The position numbers and the translations under genes are program-made. Under the pieces are notes generated by a model. That model searched no databases and was not told the origin of the DNA. It worked only from the letters and a program-made list of their open reading frames with translations. From assembly GCA_017551515.1 (NCBI GenBank), contig JAFZLK010000109.1, positions 13,863 through 77,862 on the forward strand: a DNA stretch of 64,000 nt. The letters are read 5' to 3'. Source of the DNA: Bacteroidales bacterium. Lineage in GTDB: Bacteria > Bacteroidota > Bacteroidia > Bacteroidales > ML635J-15. Positions 49,196 through 57,646 of this stretch are shown piece after piece. Positions within the stretch are counted from its first letter, which is position 1. Every line of letters starts with the position of its first letter.

Positions 49196-50164
49196 TTAGA
49201 ACTCACCTATCGAGACAACCGAATCCTTGCTATACAAATATAACGAACGGTAATTGCATCCGTATCCAGCCCAAAAGCCTCGCACCTTGATTCCATCTGG
49301 CGCATCGATATTGGTTTTGACTGTTGCCGGATTTGTAAACGGATTGCCATCGGTAATCCAGTTTCGGTACCACGATTCCCACACATTGTACGATATATTG
49401 TCCATAGTGGAAAGTTTCAGCGAAACCGAATCGCCAACGCGGAAGCAGAAAATGTCGCCCAACTTGTAGGCAAATGAATCTCGCTCCTCCTGAGTGAAGA
49501 AATTATCGTAATACGCATTTCGTTCCATACCTTTTACAACCATTGCAAAGGACATTTCCTGTCCATCGGTCAACTTGTCACTGATGATATGATTAAGCGC
49601 GTATGGTCTATAATACATCGGTTGAGTTTGGTTCTTGACATGAATGGAATAGTAGTTGCTCTCGTTCTTGGGGTCTTTCCAGTTGATTCTCATCACGGCA
49701 AAGGTATCACTCATAAATGTCGGGAATACAGTATCAATCGATATGGAATCGGGAATATATGTTGAGGATGTATAGGTATTGCCACCGTAAAGCACCTTCA
49801 GGTCGTAACGATGTCTTTGCTGACCGACAAACTTAGTTCCTTGGAAGCACTTGTACGGCCAATGCTGTATGGGAAGATACTGCAAGGTATCGGAAATAGT
49901 GCCATCGGAAACAATAACCACTGCCTTCTGGTCGGTTATCTGCATGTCATTCACAGCATTGGTATCAAGTTCCTGAAAATATGCCATGCTTGTTGACAGA
50001 TACACCACTGGGTAATCATCCAAGTCAATATAACCATCTACAACAAGGCAAGGGTCAGCCTGCGGAATATCAACGGTTATGTCCTTGATGCACGATGAAA
50101 TAACGGTCAGTAATACCAGCACGAAAATTATCAATATCTTATACAAATTCTCTCTCATCGGCAT
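49196..50164 (-). CDS. DUF4249-like lipoprotein (usual partner of CarboxypepD_reg-type TonB-dependent receptors)
   Basis: A lipoprotein signal is present ('...LLTVISSC'). The protein is 322 aa, and its ATG overlaps the TBDR stop (ATGA). The gene-pair context is typical of Bacteroidota. The family assignment comes from context and general resemblance, not from a search. Confidence 0.65.
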   Translation of the reverse strand: MPMRENLYKILIIFVLVLLTVISSCIKDITVDIPQADPCLVVDGYIDLDDYPVVYLSTSMAYFQELDTNAVNDMQITDQKAVVIVSDGTISDTLQYLPIQHWPYKCFQGTKFVGQQRHRYDLKVLYGGNTYTSSTYIPDSISIDTVFPTFMSDTFAVMRINWKDPKNESNYYSIHVKNQTQPMYYRPYALNHIISDKLTDGQEMSFAMVVKGMERNAYYDNFFTQEERDSFAYKLGDIFCFRVGDSVSLKLSTMDNISYNVWESWYRNWITDGNPFTNPATVKTNIDAPDGIKVRGFWAGYGCNYRSLYLYSKDSVVSIGEF

Positions 50165-52575
50165 CAGAATTTAAAGTTCCATGTTATTGCTGGCAAGATT
50201 GGAATTAACGATAACTGCTTTGCTACAGTTCTATATGTTCCTTCCTTCACATTTCCAGTGTGGTACACATATATGAAATACGGATTCTTGTGGTTATAAA
50301 CATTGTAGATTGAGAAATTAAACGACGATTTCCAGTTCTTTTTCGTCTTTATATCGTAAGTAACCGACAAGTCGAGGCGATGGTATGATGGCATACGGTA
50401 GGAATTCCTTTTGCCATACTCGTTAACAATATCACCATCTATTACATACGATGAAATTGGCAGAGTGGTCGTGTTGCCTGTTGCATAGACGAATACCGCC
50501 GATGCTGTCAGGCGTTCGGTAATCTGGTAGGTAGCCGTAAGAGAAAGGTCGTGACGGCGGTCGTACTTGGCTGGAAAAGGTTCTCCGTTGTCGATTTCGT
50601 CAAAAATCTTGTTTGTTTTCGACCAAGTATAGCCAATCCACCCCGTAAAAAGCCCTACTCGTTTCTTGAAGAAAAATTCAACTCCATACGAATAGCCCTT
50701 GCCGAAAATGAAATAGTTGTCTGCGTTGTCGGAAATGTCGTCTCCTGGCAAAGCACCGTCCATGTATTCAATCTGGTTTTGCAATGTCTTGTAGTAAACC
50801 TCAACCGAACCTTCGTACTTGTCGTTAAACAGGTTTTGGAAATATCCGAGTGCATACTGGCTTCCCTTTTGTGGTTTAACGACATCGCTACAAGCAACCC
50901 AAAGGTCAATCGGCAAGGTGGTGGATGAAATTGATGCAAGATGTATGTATTGCGAATTGCGCATGTACGATGCCTTGATTGATGAATTTTCGTTAATCGA
51001 AACCTTGAACGATGCTCGCGGTTCAATGTCCCAGTAGAATGCCACCGGCTGATTTGCCTTGTAGCGAATTTCATCGATGGTATTCTGATGCAGGTCATCC
51101 TTCACATAGCGAGTAAACGGACCGACATGAAGGAAATACGAATTGCGCACACCCAAATACAATGTAAATCTGTCGTTTATCTTGAAGTCATCGCCAATAT
51201 AAATGCCAACTTCGTGTGCGAACTGGTTGTTATCGTTGGCGAAGTTTTCGCCAAGCGTAGTATCCGAAATTTCGGTAGTCATTGTATTAGGCGTAAACTC
51301 GTGGTGGGTGTAATTTATACCGAACTTCACAGTATTTTTAGGACCAGCAAGCCAAGTGAAATCCTGCTTCACATTCCAATCGTTTATGCCCGACTTCTGC
51401 TTCAAGGCGAAACCGGATGCATTTTCGTTGTTTTCGGCATCCTCATCAACCATTGTGAGCATCTCGATTGAAGTATTGAACTTGTAATTTGACCAAATTA
51501 TGCTCGTATTTGAGAAGAATTTGTTGTTGAACAAATGGTTGTATCGAAGAGCTACGAAACCGTTTCCCCACGGCATATTCATCTTAAGCCCCATTTCCTT
51601 GCTACCGAACACAAATTTGTCGTAACCATAATATCCACTGAGATACAAGCGGTTATTCTCGTTGATAATCCAGTTCGCCTTTGCGTTGAAGTCAAAGAAA
51701 TAGTAGCCCGATGTCCTCAAAAGCGAAGTTTTCTTGGTAAATGGTCTTATCACAGCATCGGCATAAGTACGCCGTGCCGAAACAATGAACGATGCCTTGT
51801 CCTTCACGATTGGTCCCTGCACCGTAAAACGCGATGAAACCGAACCTATTCCACCCTCGACATGATATTCCTTCATGTTTCCGTTTTTCATGGAAATATT
51901 TAGTACAGAGCTAATTCGTCCGCCATATTCGGCAGGCATACCACCTTTGAACATCTCCATATCCTTGACGGCATCGGCATTGAAAACGGAGAAAAATCCG
52001 AAAAGATGCGATGCATTGTAAACAGTTGCCTCATCAAGCAAAATCAGGTTCTGGTCGGGACCACCTCCACGCACATAAAAGCCGGCATTACCATCGCCAG
52101 CCGACTGTACACCAGGCATCAACTGTATGGTTTTCAGCACATCGACCTCGCCCATAAAGGCAGGCAGAGTTTTCACCGTCTCCACAGGCAAACGCACAAC
52201 GCTCATCTGACTGCTTTGCACATTGGCCTTGCGTTCGGCACTTACCACTACTTCCTGCGTCATTATTGCCGATGATGCAAGATGAACGGTTAGTGTCTTG
52301 TCGGCAGTCAGGTTAACATGAATAGTATCATCGCTATAACCTATGAATGAATAGATTAAGTCGTAGGAACCGCTTGGAAGTGTCAACGAATAGAAACCGT
52401 AACCGTTTGCGCTTGTCCCAATAGTTTTTCCAACCACCATGACATTCGCGCCAATTAGGTCTTCGCCTGTCGCCTTATCCTTCACATAACCGCTAATCGT
52501 GTATTTCTGTGCATAAATGAATTGTGGCAACATCATTATTGCCAACAAGATACAATATACCCGAACACGCTTCAT
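50164..52575 (-). CDS. TonB-dependent receptor with an N-terminal carboxypeptidase-regulatory-like domain
   Basis: The signal peptide is followed by 'YTISGYVKDKATGEDLIGANVMV' (CarboxypepD_reg). The plug region reads '...LPAFMGEVDVLKTIQLMPGVQS...FYVRGGGPDQNLILLDEATVYN'. A beta-barrel follows, ending in an aromatic residue ('WNFKF'). Confidence 0.9.
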   Translation of the reverse strand: MKRVRVYCILLAIMMLPQFIYAQKYTISGYVKDKATGEDLIGANVMVVGKTIGTSANGYGFYSLTLPSGSYDLIYSFIGYSDDTIHVNLTADKTLTVHLASSAIMTQEVVVSAERKANVQSSQMSVVRLPVETVKTLPAFMGEVDVLKTIQLMPGVQSAGDGNAGFYVRGGGPDQNLILLDEATVYNASHLFGFFSVFNADAVKDMEMFKGGMPAEYGGRISSVLNISMKNGNMKEYHVEGGIGSVSSRFTVQGPIVKDKASFIVSARRTYADAVIRPFTKKTSLLRTSGYYFFDFNAKANWIINENNRLYLSGYYGYDKFVFGSKEMGLKMNMPWGNGFVALRYNHLFNNKFFSNTSIIWSNYKFNTSIEMLTMVDEDAENNENASGFALKQKSGINDWNVKQDFTWLAGPKNTVKFGINYTHHEFTPNTMTTEISDTTLGENFANDNNQFAHEVGIYIGDDFKINDRFTLYLGVRNSYFLHVGPFTRYVKDDLHQNTIDEIRYKANQPVAFYWDIEPRASFKVSINENSSIKASYMRNSQYIHLASISSTTLPIDLWVACSDVVKPQKGSQYALGYFQNLFNDKYEGSVEVYYKTLQNQIEYMDGALPGDDISDNADNYFIFGKGYSYGVEFFFKKRVGLFTGWIGYTWSKTNKIFDEIDNGEPFPAKYDRRHDLSLTATYQITERLTASAVFVYATGNTTTLPISSYVIDGDIVNEYGKRNSYRMPSYHRLDLSVTYDIKTKKNWKSSFNFSIYNVYNHKNPYFIYVYHTGNVKEGTYRTVAKQLSLIPILPAITWNFKF

Positions 52576-52674
52576 CTCCTAATCGAATTGGATTGCAAAA
52601 CTAAAAAAATATATTGTACCGCACAGAAATTTGTACGAATTTTATATGAAATCTTCCCGTATCGGAAAAATCGG

Positions 52675-53955
52675 CTACTTACGCCTTCTTTTCAGTACAT
52701 GCTTGAGAATAGTAAGTGTATGTATCTCATTGATAATGAGAATACCAAATGCAATAGCAACTGTCGCCTTCAACGCCCAGAAACCACTTGCAAGAGCGGC
52801 GGAATACTGGTCGGCAACTATGTTGTAGGCCGTCCAGAAAATGCCTGCACCAGGGACAAGCGGGAAAATGCCACATATAAGGAAAACTGCTAACGGGCAC
52901 TTCCTGATTATCGAAAACATTGTCGAGACAAATGCCACGAGAGCCGTTGAAAAGAAAACCGTCACAGCCATCGACATTGCCGTATATCTTGAAAGTACAA
53001 GATAAAGTAGCCAACCGAACATTCCTGCGAGTCCGCAGAAAATGTAATTTTTCCTCGGCACACCGAAAAGCACTGAAAACGCCAAAGTTCCTGCAAATGC
53101 CGATATTAATTGCACCGCAAATCCAGATGTCCCGCTATCAGCAGTAAGGTCCTGAAGTTCCTTCATTTGCCCCGAAATGCCTGCGTCAATCATAAACGAC
53201 ACCGCCACACCGATTGCAATACATAGGAAAGTAAGCATAGCATCGAGAAGTCGCGTAACACCGGCAATGTAGTCGGCATTTGCTATGTCGCGGATTCCGT
53301 TTGTGAACGGCACACCGGGAATCAAAGGGATTACCGCACCGATTATCATGTTGCTCAAGTGCGTGCCAAGTCCCATTGCGTACATTGCCATACAAAGTAG
53401 CGAAGCGAACAATCCGCCGACAAAATTGCCCATAATCCTCGACATGTACTTGAATCCAACGAAGAGCATGAAAGCCCACAGCAACATACCAGCAATAAAA
53501 GCTGCAATACAGTCGTAGAATCCACCACCAAACACAATACAAAAAGCAGCACTACCAACCGCAGAAGCTGCAATCTGCTCGACTATAGGTTTGGCTTTCA
53601 TACTGTGTATTTGCTTAAGCCTGCGTTCCGCTTCATCAAGGTCGCACTTGCCACCCTCTACATCGCGCGATAGTTGTTTCACCTCAACAACCTTATCAAG
53701 ACAGGTTCCCCGTATGGGAATGTATTTGGTACGCGCATAGGTTCTTTCGGTGGCCATGATGCCGTTACTGAGCACGAAGAAATTTTCATCATCGATGCCG
53801 AAATGCCTTGCAATGCGCGACATGGTCTCCTCAACATTCGAAATTTCGTCGCCATTTTCGAGCAGGATTGAACCGGCATCGTATGCCAAATCCATTATGC
53901 GCCTTCTTTCCGAAGTCGTCAACTCATCACTTTTGCAAGGTTTTGCTTCTTCCAT
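52675..53955 (-). CDS. Threonine/serine exporter family protein (fused ThrE + ThrE_2 halves)
   Basis: This is a 426-aa polytopic protein. After an N-terminal cytoplasmic segment it has ~10 hydrophobic helices. 'LL..GDEISNVEETM.RIA..FG' is typical of the ThrE/DUF1212 family. Confidence 0.8.
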   Translation of the reverse strand: MEEAKPCKSDELTTSERRRIMDLAYDAGSILLENGDEISNVEETMSRIARHFGIDDENFFVLSNGIMATERTYARTKYIPIRGTCLDKVVEVKQLSRDVEGGKCDLDEAERRLKQIHSMKAKPIVEQIAASAVGSAAFCIVFGGGFYDCIAAFIAGMLLWAFMLFVGFKYMSRIMGNFVGGLFASLLCMAMYAMGLGTHLSNMIIGAVIPLIPGVPFTNGIRDIANADYIAGVTRLLDAMLTFLCIAIGVAVSFMIDAGISGQMKELQDLTADSGTSGFAVQLISAFAGTLAFSVLFGVPRKNYIFCGLAGMFGWLLYLVLSRYTAMSMAVTVFFSTALVAFVSTMFSIIRKCPLAVFLICGIFPLVPGAGIFWTAYNIVADQYSAALASGFWALKATVAIAFGILIINEIHTLTILKHVLKRRRK

Positions 53956-53960
53956 AACTA

Positions 53961-54371
53961 CTATTTCTCAACACTTTCGCTTAGAACCTTGTATAATTCA
54001 GGCAGTCGCTTCGATATAGCCACTGGGCGATTGTTTTCAATGAAACAATGCGTACTTTGGGCTGTGCATACAATCCTGCCATTGACACGCATTATGTACG
54101 AAATTTCAAACTTTATCTCGCTGAACTTTCCCAACGACACCTCGATTTCAATAACATCCTTGAAAGTTGACGGACTTTTGTAGTTGCATGTCACCGAAAC
54201 TACGGGAGAAAATACGCCTTCCGCCTCAACCTTGTCGAAACCATAACCTAGCTGATCGAGCCAGTCGATTCGCGCCTCCTCCATGAAGCGAACATAGTTG
54301 GAATGATGCGTAACTCCCATCTTGTCACACTCGTAATACTTGACTTCGTGCCTGTATGTATGCATAAACAA
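53961..54371 (-). CDS. Acyl-CoA thioesterase, 4HBT/YbgC-FadM-like hotdog fold
   Basis: The 136-aa protein carries 'HEVKYYECDKMGVTHHSNYVRFMEEAR', the hotdog-fold active-site region with Asp. Confidence 0.85.
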   Translation of the reverse strand: MFMHTYRHEVKYYECDKMGVTHHSNYVRFMEEARIDWLDQLGYGFDKVEAEGVFSPVVSVTCNYKSPSTFKDVIEIEVSLGKFSEIKFEISYIMRVNGRIVCTAQSTHCFIENNRPVAISKRLPELYKVLSESVEK

Positions 54372-54416
54372 TGACTTAAAAATCGGTGCAAAGATAAGAT
54401 TTGTTTTTGTGATTAT

Positions 54417-54607
54417 GGTTTCTAATTTCTAGGTTTGAATGGCTTCGCCGTTTCTATGCCTACGGCGTTTCTCGCTGACGCGGTTTCTGTGCCTTCGGCG
54501 TTTCTATGGCTACGCCGTTTCTATGCCTTCGGCGTTTCTGGGTTTCTGAGTTTATAAGTTTCTGGTTGTTTGAAATGGTTTGAAAATTTGATGATTCAAT
54601 GATTCAA
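54417..54607 (+). repeat. Array of six contiguous 16-17-nt mini-palindrome+GTTTCT units plus flanking GTTTCT/GGTTTG/TGATTCAA octamer words
   Basis: The six units span 54439-54539: ATGGCTTCGCCGTTTCT, ATGCCTACGGCGTTTCT, CGCTGACGCGGTTTCT, GTGCCTTCGGCGTTTCT, ATGGCTACGCCGTTTCT and ATGCCTTCGGCGTTTCT. They are followed by GGGTTTCT GAGTTTAT AAGTTTCT GGTTGTTTGAAATGGTTTGAAAATTTGA TGATTCAA TGATTCAA. Confidence 0.9.
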
Positions 54608-54660
54608 AAAAAACGGAATGTCATGCTGGACTTGTTTCAGCATCTGATTCCGTTTTTTTT
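54606..54660. terminator. Strong bidirectional intrinsic-terminator-shaped hairpin located inside a divergent promoter region
   Basis: The sequence is A8-CGGAAT-gtc-ATGCTG-gacttgttt-CAGCAT-ctg-ATTCCG-T8. It forms two 6-bp helices plus a pairable A8/T8 extension. Confidence 0.6.
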
Positions 54661-54668
54661 GGTTATTC

Positions 54669-54705
54669 ATTTGTAGGGTCGTTGCGCGCAACGACTTCCA
54701 CAAAT
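54669..54705. repeat. Palindromic hairpin element (18-bp perfect palindrome with 6-bp outer arms)
   Basis: 'GTCGTTGCGCGCAACGAC' (54678-54695) is a perfect palindrome. The outer arms 'ATTTGT' (54669-74) and 'ACAAAT' (54700-05) also pair. Confidence 0.8.
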
Positions 54706-54740
54706 TGAATGATGGCAGTGTTTGAAAGGATTTAATGTTG

Positions 54741-54815
54741 TTTGATGATTCGATAATTTGATGATTCAAAGATTTGATATTCGATGATTTGATGGTTCAA
54801 AAATTTAATGATTTG
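54741..54815 (+). repeat. About 4.5 tandem copies of a 16-bp AT-rich unit (TTTGATGATTCRAWRA) directly upstream of the COG0523 gene
   Basis: The copies read TTTGATGATTCGATAA, TTTGATGATTCAAAGA, TTTGATATTCGATGA, TTTGATGGTTCAAAAA and TTTAATGATTTG. Confidence 0.85.
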
Positions 54816-54830
54816 TTTCTGGTTAATTTT

Positions 54831-54838
54831 TAATTTTG
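54831..54838 (+). promoter_or_regulatory. Candidate -7 box (TAATTTTG) for the COG0523 GTPase gene
   Basis: The sequence matches TAnnTTTG and lies 18 nt upstream of the ATG at 54857. The nearest TTTG (54812-15) gives only a 15-nt spacer. Confidence 0.4.
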
Positions 54839-54856
54839 CACAAAAATTCAAAGACA

Positions 54857-56083
54857 ATGAAAAACGACATACCTGTACTATTACTCACTGGCTACTTGGG
54901 TAGCGGAAAAACCACTTTGGTAAACAACATACTTTCGAACAAAAAAGGCATTAAGTTCGCAGTGATAGTGAACGACATAGGCGAAGTAAACATCGATGCC
55001 GACCTCATCGAAAAAGGCGGAATTGTAGGGCAGAAAGACGACAGTCTTGTGGCATTGCAAAATGGTTGTATCTGCTGTACACTGAAAATGGACTTGGTGG
55101 AGCAACTCACCGAAATTGTCAGCCAGCATAAGTTCGACTATATAGTTATTGAAGCAAGCGGAATATGCGAACCTCAGCCAATTGCTCAGACAATATGCTC
55201 AATACCAAGTCTCGAAGAAAAATACACGCGACATGGAGTGCCTTACCTCGACTGCATTGTCACAGTTGTGGATGCCCTGCGCATGAAAGACGAATTCGGT
55301 TGTGGCGAAAGTCTTACAAAAAAGCATATTGCCGAAGATGATTTGGAAAACCTTGTTATTCAACAAATTGAATTCTGCAACATCATATTGCTGAACAAAT
55401 CATCGGAAATAAACGAGGAAGAACGCAACCGCCTGAAAGAAATAATACGGGCAATACAATCCAAGGCACAAATCATTGAATGCGATTATGGGAATATTGA
55501 CCTCGAAGAAATTCTCTACACTGGAAGTTTCGATTATGAAAATACAGCAACTTCGGCAACTTGGGTACGAGAAATAGAGGACATTCACGATGACGATGAT
55601 GACGAAGATGAACACGAACACGAGCATCACGATCATCACGAAGAACATGAGCATGAACACCATCATCACGACCATGAGCACCACCATCACGACCACGAAG
55701 GCGGAGAAACAGAAGAATACAACATTAGCACATTCGTCTATAAGGCACGCCGACCGTTCAACCTTGGTCGTTTCGATGACTTTGTAGCACGCAAGATGCC
55801 AAAGAACATAATCAGATGCAAAGGAATGTGCTATTTCAAGGATGAATTCGATGTATGCTATTTGTTTGAACAGGCAGGAAAACAAATCAGTCTGCGCAAT
55901 GTAGGTCAGTGGTTCGCCACCATGCCCGACGATGAACTCGAAGATTTCATCCTGCGCAATCCTGCAATACTTCGCGACTGGGACGACACCTACGGCGACC
56001 GTATGCAGAAACTGGTGTTCATCGGTCAGAATATGGACAAGGAAAAGATTCGCGAAGATTTGGATTTATGTTTGACGGAATAA
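54857..56083 (+). CDS. COG0523/CobW-family GTPase (putative zinc metallochaperone) with a His/Asp/Glu-rich insert
   Basis: The P-loop 'GYLGSGKTTL' and the metal-binding motif 'GCICCTL' are present. A His-rich tract, 'DDDDDEDEHEHEHHDHHEEHEHEHHHHDHEHHHHDHEGGE', precedes the CobW C-terminal domain. I prefer the ATG at 54857 to the TTTG-rich TTG at 54836. Confidence 0.9.
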   Translation: MKNDIPVLLLTGYLGSGKTTLVNNILSNKKGIKFAVIVNDIGEVNIDADLIEKGGIVGQKDDSLVALQNGCICCTLKMDLVEQLTEIVSQHKFDYIVIEASGICEPQPIAQTICSIPSLEEKYTRHGVPYLDCIVTVVDALRMKDEFGCGESLTKKHIAEDDLENLVIQQIEFCNIILLNKSSEINEEERNRLKEIIRAIQSKAQIIECDYGNIDLEEILYTGSFDYENTATSATWVREIEDIHDDDDDEDEHEHEHHDHHEEHEHEHHHHDHEHHHHDHEGGETEEYNISTFVYKARRPFNLGRFDDFVARKMPKNIIRCKGMCYFKDEFDVCYLFEQAGKQISLRNVGQWFATMPDDELEDFILRNPAILRDWDDTYGDRMQKLVFIGQNMDKEKIREDLDLCLTE

Positions 56084-56145
56084 TTTTTTCTTCCGTATCA
56101 TAAATTTTATTATCTTGCGTTTTTATTTTGCACATACGATATAAT

Positions 56146-57642
56146 ATGAAGAAAACAATATTATTCACCATTGCGTTATGCATGATTTTTGTGGCAAAAT
56201 CCTTTGCTGGACTTGAAGTTTACTTTATGTACACAAAGTTCAATTCGCCACAAGGTCAATACATTGAAACATACATGAGCACTATAGGCAGTTCTACTGT
56301 CCTAAAGGAAATCGGCAACGGAAAATTCCAATCGGAAATTGAAATTGTAATGATTTTCAAGATTGGCGATTCAATTGCGAACTTTGAAAAGTATGTGCTT
56401 CGCAGTCCTGAAATTGCAGATACAACCGGAGTAATCCCCAATTTCATTGATGTACAGCGCATAAACCTGCCAAACGGCAAATACACCTTCGACATCAGCA
56501 TACGCGACATCAACAGCGACAAACCACCATACTGCTTCTCCGACAACATTGTCATGGATTTCAATGACGAAGTGAAATTCAGCGACATAGAACTTGTCGA
56601 AAGCTACTCGAAAGCATCTGGCGAATCATCAATAACAAAGAGCGGATACGAACTTGTGCCGTATGTAGCAAATTTCTTTCCCGAAAACATGAACTCGCTG
56701 AAATTCTACATCGAGGCATACAACACCAACAAGGCACTCAACGATGACTTCATGCTGAAATACCACATTGACGACTATCAGTCGGGCAAAGAAATGCCAC
56801 AATGCAGTCGATTCAAAAAAATGAAGCCCGCCGAAGTCGTTCCATTTATCGGAGAACTGAACATTGAGAAACTTCCTAGCGGCAACTACAACCTTGTGGT
56901 AGAAATTGTCAACAGGAACAACGAAACTGTAACCAAGAGCGTTTACTTCTTCCAAAGGCAGAACCAAAGTACATTCAGCAACGAGGAATACGAAGCACGG
57001 GCGCGACAGTTCGACCTCAACAACACATTTGCCGGCGACTTAAACTCACGCGACTCGCTTGTATATTACCTCAAGTCGATGCGTCCAATTGCGACAATAT
57101 ACGAACGTCCTTTCATTGACAATCAGTTACGCAAAGCTGATTTGGCAACATTGCAGAAATATTTTGTTGAATTTTGGGTTAAACGCAACTATGTGAATCC
57201 CGAAAACGAATGGTATCAATACAAACTGCAAGTTGAGAAAGTTGAGAAAAACTACGCAACCACTATCCGCCACGGCTTCGAAACCGACAGAGGCGTGATA
57301 TATCTGCAATACGGTGTTCCGAACCATATTTACCAATCGCCAATAGAACCTGGTGCCTACCCATACGAAATATGGCAGTACTACCGACTTGGCGAGGACA
57401 ACAACTGCAAGTTCGTCTTCTACAACCCAAGCATGGAAGGACATGAATACGAACTGCTTCACTCGAACAAGCAAGGCGAAATACATACCTTCAACTGGAC
57501 ACGCTACCTATCGCGTAGCAAAACAACATCATACGGAATTTCTGATACATACAATTCGGTTGACAACGCCTCATCGGGATACGGACAAAACACTTTCAAT
57601 AACGATTGGGAACGCCGTGCTATAGAAGAATTTAACAAATAA
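56146..57642 (+). CDS. GWxTD-domain protein (function unknown), secreted
   Basis: I take the ATG at 56146, which gives 'MKKTILFTIALCMIFVAKSFA' as the signal peptide. The C-terminal region 'FW..R......NEWYQY...V....Y......GFETDRGVIYLQYGVPN......E.......YEIWQY......KFVFYN.....EYELLHSN' fits the GWxTD domain pattern, with a GFETD variant of the motif. Confidence 0.75.
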   Translation: MKKTILFTIALCMIFVAKSFAGLEVYFMYTKFNSPQGQYIETYMSTIGSSTVLKEIGNGKFQSEIEIVMIFKIGDSIANFEKYVLRSPEIADTTGVIPNFIDVQRINLPNGKYTFDISIRDINSDKPPYCFSDNIVMDFNDEVKFSDIELVESYSKASGESSITKSGYELVPYVANFFPENMNSLKFYIEAYNTNKALNDDFMLKYHIDDYQSGKEMPQCSRFKKMKPAEVVPFIGELNIEKLPSGNYNLVVEIVNRNNETVTKSVYFFQRQNQSTFSNEEYEARARQFDLNNTFAGDLNSRDSLVYYLKSMRPIATIYERPFIDNQLRKADLATLQKYFVEFWVKRNYVNPENEWYQYKLQVEKVEKNYATTIRHGFETDRGVIYLQYGVPNHIYQSPIEPGAYPYEIWQYYRLGEDNNCKFVFYNPSMEGHEYELLHSNKQGEIHTFNWTRYLSRSKTTSYGISDTYNSVDNASSGYGQNTFNNDWERRAIEEFNK

Positions 57643-57646
57643 CAAC

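Noticed and set aside
54439-54539. Possible CRISPR array, because of regularly spaced short palindromic units
   Set aside because: The units are only 16-17 nt and directly abut each other with no unique spacers. No cas genes are in the window. The same words occur as solo copies elsewhere.
54836-54856. TTG start for the COG0523 gene, and the TTG at 56128 for the GWxTD gene
   Set aside because: In-frame ATGs at 54857 and 56146 give the typical N-termini, a P-loop near the start and a clean signal peptide respectively. The TTG at 54836 overlaps the candidate -7 promoter box.
55400-55885. 161-aa minus-strand ORF opposite the His-rich tract
   Set aside because: It is antisense to a confidently called COG0523 gene. 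The hydrophobic V/M/F-rich run is simply the complement of the CAC/GAT/GAA repeats.
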